The position numbers and the translations under genes were made by a program. From positions 4,316 through 54,478 of the forward strand of contig JBMORL010000118.1 of the NCBI GenBank assembly GCA_049322335.1: a DNA stretch of 50,163 nt, given 5' to 3'. Source of the DNA: Bacteroidota bacterium. GTDB lineage: Bacteria > Bacteroidota > Bacteroidia > Flavobacteriales_D > UBA2798. The notes below the pieces were generated by a model that saw nothing but the letters and a program-made list of their open reading frames with translations, was not told where the DNA came from and searched no databases. Positions 1-9,710 of the stretch are shown piece by piece; position 1 is the first letter of the stretch, and each line of letters starts with the position of its first letter.

Positions 1-262
1 ATCGTTATTGCTCTTCCTTACAATAATGTCACTCCTTCGGAGTTGGGTGATTTTTTGATTATATATCGTAATTGATTTAGGCATAATGCATCCTTCGGAG
101 TTAGCCGTTATCGTTATTGCTCTTACTTACAATAATATCACTCCTTCGGAGTTGGGTGATTTTTTGATTATATATCGTAATTGATTTAGGCATAATGCAT
201 CATTTAGGGTTAGCCGTTATCGTTACTGCTGCTTCTTATAATAAACTTCGGAGTTGGGGCGG
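1..262. repeat. Tandem direct repeat with a ~109-bp unit (copies at 1-109 and 110-218, a diverged partial copy from 219). Each unit carries a hairpin motif, ACTCC-TTC-GGAGT-like, followed by a T-run.
   Basis: Units at 1-109 and 110-218 differ at only a few positions. The motif CCTTCGGAGTT recurs at ~33, ~92, ~142, ~248 and in degenerate form at ~413-428. Confidence 0.8.
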
Positions 263-483
263 ATTGATACAATAACAAAATCCGAATCCCAAAAGGATGA
301 TATTATTTTAACGAGGGAACTCTAACACAATCCTGTCAACCCCGAAGGCAGTGACATTATACACGCATTTCTTCTTAGTGTCTTTACTTACATTGAAATC
401 AAAAAAAATAATGTCCCTTCGCGGAGTTGAATTGAAGAGGGTGTGGAATTTTACAAATAAAATGAAGCTATTATTATAGTCTG

Positions 484-3400
484 TTAAATCCGTATTCCGA
501 TTACTGTAATATCATCGTTTTGCTCCAGGTCACCCATCCAGGTGTTGAGTGCGCTTTGAAGTAACCGGTACTGATCTTTCATGGGCAGCTGAGCATTATT
601 GACCAGGATTTCCTGCATGGGTTTATATTTGAATTTTTTCCCTTTTTCTCCCCCAAACTGGTCGGCAAAACCATCGCTGAAGATATAAATGCAATCGCCT
701 TTTTGAAGTTCAATAGTGTGTGGTGTAAATGGTTTTTGGTTAAAGTAGTAACCAATTGGCATTTTGTCGGGTTTGACTTCTAAAAGTGAAGAGTAATTAT
801 TGACCAGTGATGAGTTGTCCTGGTTTTCCTGCATTAAACTTATCACTCTTCGCTCATCATTCATCACCAGCCATAAAGGATTATTGGCACCCGACCATGA
901 GAATTTAAATTTTTCATTATCCGAAACCTCTAATTTTCCCAATGAAATGTCCATGCCGTCTTTATTCTCTCCTTCCACACCGCGTTGTTTAAGGGCATCG
1001 ATTACTTTTTCACGTAACTGGTTAAGGATTTCAGCAGGATCTGTTATTTTTTTTTCGTTTACGATTTCCTTCAAAAAGGAAGTTCCCAGCATACTCATAA
1101 AACCACCCGGAACTCCATGCCCCGTACAATCCGCAACCGCGAAAAGGACAACCTGCTCCGAACTGCCGCTGCCAACTACCGCTGCCGGCTGAACCTTTTC
1201 TATCCAGAAAAAATCACCGCTAACAATATTTTTCGGGCGAAAGAGCACGAATGAATCAGAAAAAATTTTGTGAAACTCTTTTTCAGAAGGAAGAAGAGCT
1301 TCCTGGATGGTTTTGGCGTAATTAATACTATCGGTAATTTCCTTATGAGCTTCTTCCACCTTTTCTTTTTCTTCACGTAATTCTTTGGTGCGCTGACTCA
1401 CTTTTCCTTCCAGTATTTGCTTTTCTTTTACCAGTTTGCGTTCGCGATATTTTATCCATGAATAACCGGAAACAACAATAACTATTCCACACAAAATATA
1501 AAACCATGTGGTTTGCCAGAAAGGAGGTGTAATAATTATTTTAATACTGGCTCCGCGCTCATTCCACACTCCATCATTATTCGAACCTGCAACAATAAAT
1601 GTATATTCTCCCGGATCGAGGTTAACAAAAGTTACCTGGCTTTTATTTCCGAGGCTCACCCACTCGTCATTGAATCCTACCAGCTTGTATTTATACCTGT
1701 TTTTTGCCGTGTTAACAAAATCCAGTGACGCAAATTCGATAGTGAAAAAATAATGATCGTAATCGAGCGTGATTTCATCGGTAAAGGTTACGTCTTTTTC
1801 TGTCTCCAGTTTTTTATCCCGCAATAAAATATTGGTTATAACAACACCCGGAACAGTTGTGTTAACCATCAGTTCTTCCGGATCAAAATAATTCAACCCC
1901 TTGTTTCCTCCTATAAGTATATAGCCGTTGTCAAGTGAAAGAATGGTATTATAAGGCACTTCATTGCTTTGTAATCCATCTGTAAAATCATATTTATGAG
2001 ATGTGTAGTTGGAAAGATTAAATTTTGTCACTCCTCTTTTTTCCACCAGCCACAGGTTTCCTGATTTATCTTCAGTAATTCCCATTACGCCATCCTCACC
2101 GATTTTGTATTTATCGGTATAGTTTTCGAAAGTATGTGCAGATTTATCAAACCGGCAAAGTCCGGCTGCAGTGCCCACCCAGGTGTCATTATTTTTATCG
2201 TGATAGATACTTATCACATCATTTGAAGGAAGGCCTTCCCTTATTTTTTCATCGTAAAAAAAGTATTTCATTTCTCCGTTTTGCTGAAGAATATTAATCC
2301 CCGAATCGGTAGCGATCCATAAATTCTCTTCGTTATCAAATTTCAGGTGGCGGATATCTTCGCTGGTAAGCAGCGATTTTTCATTTTCATCATAAACGAA
2401 ATATTCAAATTTTCCTGTAACCGGATTATATTTATCCATACCGCGGAAAATAAGCGACATATAAATTTCCCCCTTCAGATTCATATCCATAGAAATAATG
2501 GTGTGGTGCCGCGGATGGCCTTCTCCCTTATCAGGATGAAAGTTTTCCATGGATTTTTTTACGGGGTCGTATAAAAACATGGCTGATCCGTTTACGGAAA
2601 TCCACAGGTTTCCATTTGCGTCTTCCTGCAGAGCCTGGCAAATAGATTGTGTATGAAGAAGGTTTTCTCCTTTTTCATTTACCACATAATTTACAAACCG
2701 GTTACTTTCAGTATCAAAAACACGAACACTTCCCATCACACCGATATAAAGTTTACCCGTTTTTTTTCCATAATGCAACGACCACACCTGCGAGTTGGGC
2801 AATGCATCGGGATCAGCTGTGTTCGCTTTATAGTGTCCAAAACGAAAAGTGTAGGGATTAAATATACTTACACCGGAAGATAAACTTCCCACCCAAACCA
2901 GTCCGCTGTAATCTACGTAAACGCTCATCAGGTTATTGTCGCAGATGCTGTAAGGATCGTTTGGATTATTTTTAAAGTTTTTCACTTTCCCGGTTTCGGG
3001 ATTAAAGCAAACCAGCCCTTCCTCAACCGTAGCGATCCAGATATTCCCGAAACGATCTTCAGCAAAACGATAGATCATGCGATAGGATTTTAACGGGGCG
3101 TATTTTAACTCTTTCGGGTTGCCAAAATGTTTACCTGTTTTTTTATTATCGCTGGCATACGTCTCAAAATAGCTGTCCATCACAGAAACATTATTGCTAT
3201 ACATTTTATTCTCGTCCTGGTGAAATATGTTGATACCACCGCTCCACGTACTGATCCATACACGATTTTTACTGTCGCAGAAAACGGCACGAATCACTTC
3301 GTTATTCAGAAATGTTCCCGAACCATCATCATACCCATTAAATCTTCTGCATTTTTGGGTAATGGGATCGTAACAGGTAACACCGGCATTGGGGTGTCCG

Positions 3401-3984
3401 AGCCAGAGTTTCCCGTTGTTGTCTTTCACCACCGAACGAACGAGATCGGACTGAATGGAATTAGCTTTTTCTTTTTCGCTTCGTATGTAAGTGAATTTAT
3501 CTGTTTTTGTATCGAGAATATTTACTCCTCCATCCAGCGTACCCATGTAAATTTTATCTCCCACGAGACAAAGCGATAAAACCGTATAGCTATTGAGAAA
3601 ACCATTGCCGGAAGTATCCGTTTTGTAGCGATATATTTTATCTTTTTCGAGATCGATACGGTTCAAACCACCTTCACGTAATCCTATCCACAGGCTTTTA
3701 TCATATGCCAGCAGTGAAGTGATATTGCCGGCTGAGATGGTAGTGGTATCATTTATGTTGTTATGATAATTTTTAAATGTATGGCCGTCATATTTGCTTA
3801 ACCCGTCCACTGTACCGATCCATACAAACCCATGCATATCCTGCGTAATGGCAAATACTGAATTCTGTGCCAATCCGTCATCCACACTCAGCTGACGGAA
3901 ACGGGCTGACTGTGCAAAAAGAGAAAACCCGGCAACAACAAACAGGGTGGTTAAAAAAATATATTTCAGCACTTTTTTCATCAA
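484..3984 (-). CDS. Membrane sensor PP2C-type (SpoIIE family) serine phosphatase. Order: signal peptide, two-component-regulator beta-propeller repeats, Y_Y_Y-like domain, one TM helix, coiled coil, C-terminal SpoIIE/PP2C domain.
   Basis: N-terminal hydrophobic signal (LFVVAGFSLFAQS). Repeated W-x-G-T / LxxYD propeller motifs. TM segment (ILCGIVIVVSGYSWI). PP2C motif VADCTGHGVPGGFMSMLG and a C-terminal DGxxDQ motif. Confidence 0.85.
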   Translation of the reverse strand: MMKKVLKYIFLTTLFVVAGFSLFAQSARFRQLSVDDGLAQNSVFAITQDMHGFVWIGTVDGLSKYDGHTFKNYHNNINDTTTISAGNITSLLAYDKSLWIGLREGGLNRIDLEKDKIYRYKTDTSGNGFLNSYTVLSLCLVGDKIYMGTLDGGVNILDTKTDKFTYIRSEKEKANSIQSDLVRSVVKDNNGKLWLGHPNAGVTCYDPITQKCRRFNGYDDGSGTFLNNEVIRAVFCDSKNRVWISTWSGGINIFHQDENKMYSNNVSVMDSYFETYASDNKKTGKHFGNPKELKYAPLKSYRMIYRFAEDRFGNIWIATVEEGLVCFNPETGKVKNFKNNPNDPYSICDNNLMSVYVDYSGLVWVGSLSSGVSIFNPYTFRFGHYKANTADPDALPNSQVWSLHYGKKTGKLYIGVMGSVRVFDTESNRFVNYVVNEKGENLLHTQSICQALQEDANGNLWISVNGSAMFLYDPVKKSMENFHPDKGEGHPRHHTIISMDMNLKGEIYMSLIFRGMDKYNPVTGKFEYFVYDENEKSLLTSEDIRHLKFDNEENLWIATDSGINILQQNGEMKYFFYDEKIREGLPSNDVISIYHDKNNDTWVGTAAGLCRFDKSAHTFENYTDKYKIGEDGVMGITEDKSGNLWLVEKRGVTKFNLSNYTSHKYDFTDGLQSNEVPYNTILSLDNGYILIGGNKGLNYFDPEELMVNTTVPGVVITNILLRDKKLETEKDVTFTDEITLDYDHYFFTIEFASLDFVNTAKNRYKYKLVGFNDEWVSLGNKSQVTFVNLDPGEYTFIVAGSNNDGVWNERGASIKIIITPPFWQTTWFYILCGIVIVVSGYSWIKYRERKLVKEKQILEGKVSQRTKELREEKEKVEEAHKEITDSINYAKTIQEALLPSEKEFHKIFSDSFVLFRPKNIVSGDFFWIEKVQPAAVVGSGSSEQVVLFAVADCTGHGVPGGFMSMLGTSFLKEIVNEKKITDPAEILNQLREKVIDALKQRGVEGENKDGMDISLGKLEVSDNEKFKFSWSGANNPLWLVMNDERRVISLMQENQDNSSLVNNYSSLLEVKPDKMPIGYYFNQKPFTPHTIELQKGDCIYIFSDGFADQFGGEKGKKFKYKPMQEILVNNAQLPMKDQYRLLQSALNTWMGDLEQNDDITVIGIRI

Positions 3985-6251
3985 AAATGAATTCCCATTA
4001 CAGTGATATCATCGTTTTGTTCTATTTTTCCTTTCCATTCTTCCAGTTTTTTCTCCAGGGCGAGCATCTGGCCGGAAGGAGACAAATCTTTCACCGAAAT
4101 TAGTAATTCCCTGAGACTTTTCTGCCTGAATTTTTTTCCATGGGGCCCGCCAAACTGATCGGCATAACCATCACTGAAAATGAAAAGCTGATCTCCTTTG
4201 TTTACTAAAACCGTTTTGGTATTAAAATCTTCTTCCTTAAAATAACGGCCTATGGGCTGCTTGTTGGCCTCCACTACCTCTATTTCACCTGTTGAAGCCC
4301 GTAAAATCCACAGCGGGTTGTTGGCACCGGACCACAAGATAGTTTTGGATTTATAGTTTATTGTTTCGTGTTTTTTCTGTTCTATTATACCCAAATCCGA
4401 AACTTCAAACTCCAAACAACAAAGTGATATATCCATTCCGTCCAGCACCTGTTCTTCGCTTTTTTCAAACGTTTCGATAACGAGTTCGGTTACTTTATCG
4501 AGAATTTTTCCGGGATCAGTTATTCCAAACTCTTTCACTGCGCGGTTCAGTGCATTACTGCATACCACACTTACCATTGCACCGGGAACACCATGGCCTG
4601 TACAATCGGCAACAGCGAAGTATACAGTCGGCAGTGGGCAGCCGGCAGTGGGCAGTCTTTGTAACGATTTGTTTGTTACTTCCGGCTGCCCACTGAGAGC
4701 TGCAGACTGAACCACTTCCATCCAGTAAAAATCTCCCGCAACAATATCCTTCGGTTTATAGAAAATAAATGATTCGGGGAAATATTTCCTGAAAGACTTT
4801 TCGGGAGGGAGAATGGCATCCTGCAGGCGTTTGGCGTAGGAAATGGAATCGGTTATTTCTTTATTTTTTTCCTCTACAATCTCTTTTTGTGTTTCAATTT
4901 CTTCTTTTTGAGAAGTAATGATTTTATTTGCTTTTCTTATGCGTAAAAGTCCGCGGTATATTATTACGGCCAGCGCGATCATCAACACCAGGCCTATTCC
5001 GAAAAACCAGAGCAACTGATTTTTTCGTTTTGATTCTTCGTCTTTCAATGCTATTTCCGCATCTTTTGCACGGTTTTCGTTTTCACTGTTTTTCAGCTGA
5101 AGATCTTTTTTCTCGGTTTCATATTGCAAATGCAGCTCATCCATCTTTGCACTTTTTTCCTGGTCGAAAATTAGTGCATTTACGCTATCATGTTTTATAA
5201 TGAATTCATACGCGTTTCTGAAATCTCCCAATTGCACATATACATCCGAAAGCGATTTATACAGATTTTTTGTTTCAGGTTTATTTCCCAGTTCTTCCAC
5301 CATTTTTTTTACCGACAGGTAACCTGCCAATGCTTCGGCATATTGTTTTTTCGACTGGTAAACGGATGAGATATTATTAGCCGTATTGATGAGCCCTTTC
5401 TGATCGCCAATTTCAGTATAAATTTCTCTTGCCTTGGTATAATATTCGATCGCTTTTTTTTCATCGCCTTTGCGGAAATAAGCAATGCCAATGTTGTTAT
5501 ACGTTTGTGCAATGCCCGGTTTTTGTCCGAATTCCAGTTCAATTTCCAGCGACTTGTTGTGATATTGGATGGCCAGGTCGTATTGGCCCAGGTCGGTATA
5601 AATAATTCCGAGGTTAGCCAGTGAAGACAGCGCCCCTCTTTTGTTTCCCAATGCTGTTTGCATTTCAAGCGCCTTGCGGTAACTGGAAAGGCATTTGGCT
5701 GTATCGTTAAGATAATAATACGAGTTTCCTATTCCAACAAACATCGAAGAAGCCGACATTTTATCCCCGATTCGCTCAAAAGTTCGTAAAGCAAAAAAAT
5801 AAGATTTCAGCGCTTCTTCCGGGTTACCCAAAAAAACATGACAGTTGCCAATCTCGGAAGTAATCTTCGCATATTCTTTCGGGTACTTTATAGAATCAAT
5901 GAAAGACAGAGCGGTGGTATGATACTTAAGTGTGGTTTTAAAATCACCCCTGATATCGTATACCCATCCGAAATTATAGGTTGACATCGCTTTTCCTTTG
6001 GGATAATTTATCTTTTCGGAAATACGGAAAGCCTCGCGTGAATAGTTCAGTGAACCGGTATCCGCCAAACGATTCATTTCATACGCGATCTCATTCATTA
6101 CATTTACTTTCAGCGTATCGTGCAACTTTTTTTTAAGCACAGTTTGCAGCGAATCGATCTTTCGCAATGCTACCTGTTGTGCATCAGCCTGCAACAAACA
6201 AACCAGCATAATGGCTGAAAAAATGGCCGTTATTTTTTTCAGATTCAACAT
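3981..6251 (-). CDS. Membrane sensor PP2C-type (SpoIIE family) serine phosphatase. Order: signal peptide, TPR-repeat periplasmic domain, TM helix, coiled coil, C-terminal SpoIIE domain. Translationally coupled to the downstream paralog.
   Basis: TPR-like repeats (AxxYYxKAxEI, GxxYxxLG). TM (WFFGIGLVLMIALAVIIY). PP2C motif VADCTGHGVPGAMVSVV. Its stop overlaps the next gene's start in ATGA at 3981-3984. Confidence 0.85.
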   Translation of the reverse strand: MLNLKKITAIFSAIMLVCLLQADAQQVALRKIDSLQTVLKKKLHDTLKVNVMNEIAYEMNRLADTGSLNYSREAFRISEKINYPKGKAMSTYNFGWVYDIRGDFKTTLKYHTTALSFIDSIKYPKEYAKITSEIGNCHVFLGNPEEALKSYFFALRTFERIGDKMSASSMFVGIGNSYYYLNDTAKCLSSYRKALEMQTALGNKRGALSSLANLGIIYTDLGQYDLAIQYHNKSLEIELEFGQKPGIAQTYNNIGIAYFRKGDEKKAIEYYTKAREIYTEIGDQKGLINTANNISSVYQSKKQYAEALAGYLSVKKMVEELGNKPETKNLYKSLSDVYVQLGDFRNAYEFIIKHDSVNALIFDQEKSAKMDELHLQYETEKKDLQLKNSENENRAKDAEIALKDEESKRKNQLLWFFGIGLVLMIALAVIIYRGLLRIRKANKIITSQKEEIETQKEIVEEKNKEITDSISYAKRLQDAILPPEKSFRKYFPESFIFYKPKDIVAGDFYWMEVVQSAALSGQPEVTNKSLQRLPTAGCPLPTVYFAVADCTGHGVPGAMVSVVCSNALNRAVKEFGITDPGKILDKVTELVIETFEKSEEQVLDGMDISLCCLEFEVSDLGIIEQKKHETINYKSKTILWSGANNPLWILRASTGEIEVVEANKQPIGRYFKEEDFNTKTVLVNKGDQLFIFSDGYADQFGGPHGKKFRQKSLRELLISVKDLSPSGQMLALEKKLEEWKGKIEQNDDITVMGIHF

Positions 6252-6307
6252 AATTTAGACCTGATGAAGATAATACAAATCCGGTTACCGGAAAGTGATA
6301 TTTTGGT

Positions 6308-6315
6308 TACCTTTG
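6308..6315 (+). promoter_or_regulatory. Candidate Bacteroidetes sigma-A -7 box (TACCTTTG, matching the TAnnTTTG consensus) upstream of pruA.
   Basis: It matches the Bacteroidetes -7 consensus and lies 18 bp upstream of the ATG. No clear -33 TTTG at the proper spacing. Confidence 0.3.
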
Positions 6316-6333
6316 GCATAAAACTTACCACCC

Positions 6334-7965
6334 ATGCCAAAAGGAATTTATAAAGTGCCGGTAGCTATAAATGAACCGGTAAAAAGTTATGCGCCCGGAA
6401 GTGCTGAAAGAAAAGAACTACAGGCCAAACTGAAAGAGCTCCGTTCAAAAACCATTGATGTTCCCATGTATATCGGGGGAAAAGAAGTGAGAAGCGGGCA
6501 TAAGATCCGCCTTGCTCCGCCCCACGACCACAAGCATACATTAGGCTATTTTCATAAAAGCGATAAAAAACACGTTAAGCAGGCGATAGATGCCGCATTA
6601 AAAGCAAAAAAGAACTGGGAAAATCTTTCGTGGGAACACCGTGCTGCGATTTTTCTGAAAGCAGCCGATCTGATTGCTGGCCCTTACCGAAGCAAACTGA
6701 ATGCAGCCACCATGCTGGGCCAATCGAAAAATGCATTCCAGGCCGAGATTGATTCTGCCTGTGAGATTATCGATTTCCTTCGATTCAATGTACAATACAT
6801 GCAGGAAATTTATCATCAGCAACCCAATTCCGCTCCGGGTATGTGGAACCGGCTGGAATGGCGCCCGCTGGAAGGATTTATTTACGCGCTTACACCTTTT
6901 AATTTTACTGCTATTGCCGGAAACCTTCCTTCTTCCTGCGCTATGATGGGAAATACGGTGGTGTGGAAACCTTCCAACACCCAGGTATATTCCGCCAATG
7001 TGCTGATGGAAATTTTTATGAAAGCCGGATTACCCGATGGTGTAATTAATCTTATTTATCCTTCGGGGCCTGATGCAGCAGACGTAATTTTCAATCACCC
7101 TGATTTTGCAGGCATCCACTTTACAGGTAGTACAGAAGTATTCCAAAACATCTGGCAAACGATTGGTAACAATATTCACAAATACCGTTCCTATCCCCGG
7201 ATTGTGGGCGAAACAGGCGGAAAAGATTTTATCATGGCTCATCCCAGTGCTGATTATAACGTAGTGGCCACTGCTATTTCAAGAGGGGCTTTTGAATTCC
7301 AGGGACAGAAATGTTCCGCTGCTTCGCGTGCCTATATTCCCGCCAGCATTTGGCCGGATGTAAAAAAACAGGTGCTGGAAGACCTGAAATCAATGAAAAT
7401 GGGCGGCACCGAAGATTTTACCAATTTTATCAATGCTGTTATTGACGAAAAATCGTTCGACAAGCTGGCCGGTTACATTATGCGGGCGAAAAAAGATAAA
7501 AAAGTGCAGATTGTTGCCGGAGGAAAATGCGATAAAAGCAAAGGGTATTTTATTGAGCCTACTATTATCCAAACCAAAGACCCGATGTATGTCACCATGT
7601 GCGAAGAGCTCTTTGGGCCCGTGCTTACCATTTATGTTTATCAAGATACTGATTTTGACAAAACACTAACGCTTCTTGACAAAACCTCCAACTACGCACT
7701 AACGGGATGCATCATTGCGCAAGACCGTTACGCTATTGAATATGCCACTAAAAAATTACGTAACTCTGCCGGAAATTTTTACATTAATGATAAGCCAACC
7801 GGTGCAGTAGTAGGTCAACAACCTTTCGGAGGTGCACGCGGCTCAGGAACCAACGACAAAGCCGGTGCCATGATCAACCTGCTGAGATGGGTTTCTCCAA
7901 GAACGATCAAAGAAACGTTTGTGCCACCGGTGGATTACAGGTATCCTTTTTTGCAGAAGGATTGA
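6334..7965 (+). CDS. pruA: L-glutamate gamma-semialdehyde (delta-1-pyrroline-5-carboxylate) dehydrogenase, aldehyde dehydrogenase superfamily.
   Basis: The N-terminus MPKGIYKVPVAINEPVKSYAPGSAERKELQ is typical of P5C dehydrogenase. Aldehyde dehydrogenase motifs (catalytic Cys region GQKCSAASR; GTEDFTNFINAVID) and the ~543-aa length fit. Confidence 0.9.
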   Translation: MPKGIYKVPVAINEPVKSYAPGSAERKELQAKLKELRSKTIDVPMYIGGKEVRSGHKIRLAPPHDHKHTLGYFHKSDKKHVKQAIDAALKAKKNWENLSWEHRAAIFLKAADLIAGPYRSKLNAATMLGQSKNAFQAEIDSACEIIDFLRFNVQYMQEIYHQQPNSAPGMWNRLEWRPLEGFIYALTPFNFTAIAGNLPSSCAMMGNTVVWKPSNTQVYSANVLMEIFMKAGLPDGVINLIYPSGPDAADVIFNHPDFAGIHFTGSTEVFQNIWQTIGNNIHKYRSYPRIVGETGGKDFIMAHPSADYNVVATAISRGAFEFQGQKCSAASRAYIPASIWPDVKKQVLEDLKSMKMGGTEDFTNFINAVIDEKSFDKLAGYIMRAKKDKKVQIVAGGKCDKSKGYFIEPTIIQTKDPMYVTMCEELFGPVLTIYVYQDTDFDKTLTLLDKTSNYALTGCIIAQDRYAIEYATKKLRNSAGNFYINDKPTGAVVGQQPFGGARGSGTNDKAGAMINLLRWVSPRTIKETFVPPVDYRYPFLQKD

Positions 7966-7967
7966 TT

Positions 7968-8014
7968 GCGGGATTGCAAATCCCTTGTGATTGGGTGCGG
8001 GATTGTAAATCCCG
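7968..8014 (+). terminator. Two tandem stem-loops right after the pruA stop: GGGATT-GCA-AATCCC and CGGGATT-GTA-AATCCCG. Putative intrinsic terminator.
   Basis: Perfect 6-bp and 7-bp stems with triloops, beginning 3 nt after the stop codon. No strong U-tract follows. Confidence 0.4.
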
Positions 8015-8177
8015 TACAGCGGGGGATCAACTATGCTAAAAAGATAAAATCAGTATTTTTTTTCATTTTCATTATAAGATTATTAGTTTTTATATTTTTT
8101 ATACCTCAGTAATTATTAATTAATAGTTTCCCTTATCCTGTTTTTTGTCAAATTTTGACATAACCAAATACTATGTC

Positions 8178-8882
8178 ATGCAAAAAACAATATTATTTCT
8201 ATCCATAAGTTTATTGTTGCTCTCCGCCTGCTCTATTGAAAAGCGGCATTATACAAAGGGATTTTATTTTCATAAAAAACCGGTCATTAATTTCAGCCCG
8301 GAAGAAAAAAAAGAGCCGGTCATAATCCAGGAAGATAAGTGTATTCACCCTGAAGAAGAACAAAGTTTACGGGTCGTTTTTCAGGACAGCCTTCCGTTAA
8401 ACGAAACGGTAAAACAACCACAAAATGTTTCTGTTGATTCCAGGGTTTTGAAAAACAGTGAAACTGTACTGTTAAAAAAAGAAGAAATAAGTAGTTTAAA
8501 CCACACATCAGTCGTTGTCCCTGATTCCACTCATCAAAACCAGGTAAAACAAAACAAAAAAAACATGGCCGGCAGCGATGAACTGGAAGAAGAATTTTTA
8601 GGTGCAAACACTATGTTTTCACTGTGCCTTTTGTTCATTGCTGTTTTTGTGTTTAATCCCAGCCTGGGTATGTTTTGGCTTGCAGCGCTTCTCTTTGGCC
8701 CGATGGGTGTAATTTGTTCACTATTTTCTCTTTATTGTATCGCAAAAGCAGCAAGAGGTTTACTAAATAAATGGTACTCACCGAAAGAAAATAAAACAAT
8801 TCTATGGTTATTGGCCTGGGCAGTTTTTAATCTTCTGATTGCTGTTCTGCTAACACTTATGCTGATTGCGATGTTTGCTTAA
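8178..8882 (+). CDS. Hypothetical lipoprotein/membrane protein. Lipobox-type signal; C-terminal hydrophobic helices.
   Basis: The ATG at 8178 gives MQKTILFLSISLLLLSAC (lipobox). The track ORF begins at an upstream TTG. The C-terminal region has 3-4 predicted TM helices. No recognisable catalytic motifs. Confidence 0.5.
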   Translation: MQKTILFLSISLLLLSACSIEKRHYTKGFYFHKKPVINFSPEEKKEPVIIQEDKCIHPEEEQSLRVVFQDSLPLNETVKQPQNVSVDSRVLKNSETVLLKKEEISSLNHTSVVVPDSTHQNQVKQNKKNMAGSDELEEEFLGANTMFSLCLLFIAVFVFNPSLGMFWLAALLFGPMGVICSLFSLYCIAKAARGLLNKWYSPKENKTILWLLAWAVFNLLIAVLLTLMLIAMFA

Positions 8883-9075
8883 ATATCCCTGTTTGCTTTG
8901 CTCACAAAACAACATGTTCACTTTGGGTAGCTTAATTATATTCTAAAAAATCTTACCGATTTCATCAGGTTTCCCATTAACCTCATGGCCGGATTACCGA
9001 TATTGGTAACGTTTTGCCCTTTGATACTTTTTGTTTTAATTTACAGCAGTGAATGAAAACATATCCATCTACATC

Positions 9076-9405
9076 ATGTCGGCTTTGTATATCCTTGCCG
9101 GCATTAATCATTTTGTAAATCCTAAATTTTATCTGCGCATCATTCCCGGCTGGCTCCCTTTTCACAAAGCAATCAATTATTTCAGTGGTTTATGTGAAAT
9201 TATTTTTGCGGTTCTTTTATGGTTTGAAAATACCAAAACAACAGGCGCTTATCTTATAATTGCCTTACTAATTGCTGTTTTTCCTGCCAATATCAAAATG
9301 TATATGGATTTCAAAAGGAAAAAACACAACTACACGTGGGTTACATTGATTCGTTTACCTTTACAATTCCTGCTTATCTGGTGGGCGTGGATCTATACAA
9401 AATAA
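9076..9405 (+). CDS. Small integral membrane protein, possibly DoxX-like.
   Basis: Four hydrophobic helices (ILAGINHF..., GLCEIIFAVLLWF, AYLIIALLIAVFPANI, LQFLLIWWAWIY). Start moved to the first ATG; the track ORF uses an upstream GTG. Confidence 0.4.
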   Translation: MSALYILAGINHFVNPKFYLRIIPGWLPFHKAINYFSGLCEIIFAVLLWFENTKTTGAYLIIALLIAVFPANIKMYMDFKRKKHNYTWVTLIRLPLQFLLIWWAWIYTK

Positions 9406-9407
9406 GT

Positions 9408-9710
9408 ATGGTGGCAGAAAATCAATACAGCTATAAAGTAAAAAAAGGCGCTGCCGACCCTTTTCGGGGAGATTGGTATACAGATGAAAAAATAGTTCAT
9501 TTAAAAGAAGAAGCCGTTGAACTGGCAGCAGAGCTTACATTAGCCAATTACCATGAATTCCTTTCAGGCTGGGAAGAATTCGGTTATGAATGGTCGGTTT
9601 TTGAAATAAAAAACGGGGAAGAAAAGAAAATTTGGGAAGGATATGCGTTTATACAGAAATCATTTACATACAATAACCAGAATCCCGACAAAAACAACGG
9701 ATGGTTATAA
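9408..9710 (+). CDS. Hypothetical small soluble protein.
   Basis: The in-frame ATG at 9408 avoids overlap with the upstream membrane-protein gene. No recognisable motif. Confidence 0.35.
   Translation: MVAENQYSYKVKKGAADPFRGDWYTDEKIVHLKEEAVELAAELTLANYHEFLSGWEEFGYEWSVFEIKNGEEKKIWEGYAFIQKSFTYNNQNPDKNNGWL

Noticed and set aside
1-262. Considered whether the 109-bp tandem repeats are a CRISPR array.
   Set aside because: The unit length is 109 bp with no regular unique spacers, and the copies are contiguous. No cas genes are in the window.
800-3579. Several 70-150-aa plus-strand ORFs (800-1192, 1508-1753, 2347-2574, 2647-2883, 3127-3579) inside the 3.5-kb SpoIIE sensor gene.
   Set aside because: They are antisense to a long, well-supported minus-strand CDS. 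Their composition is low-complexity and biased, with no motifs. These are typical spurious antisense ORFs.
4928-5668. ORFs 4928-5200 (+) and 5309-5668 (-) within the TPR-SpoIIE gene.
   Set aside because: They are overlapping, alternative-frame ORFs inside a confident CDS, with no independent signals.
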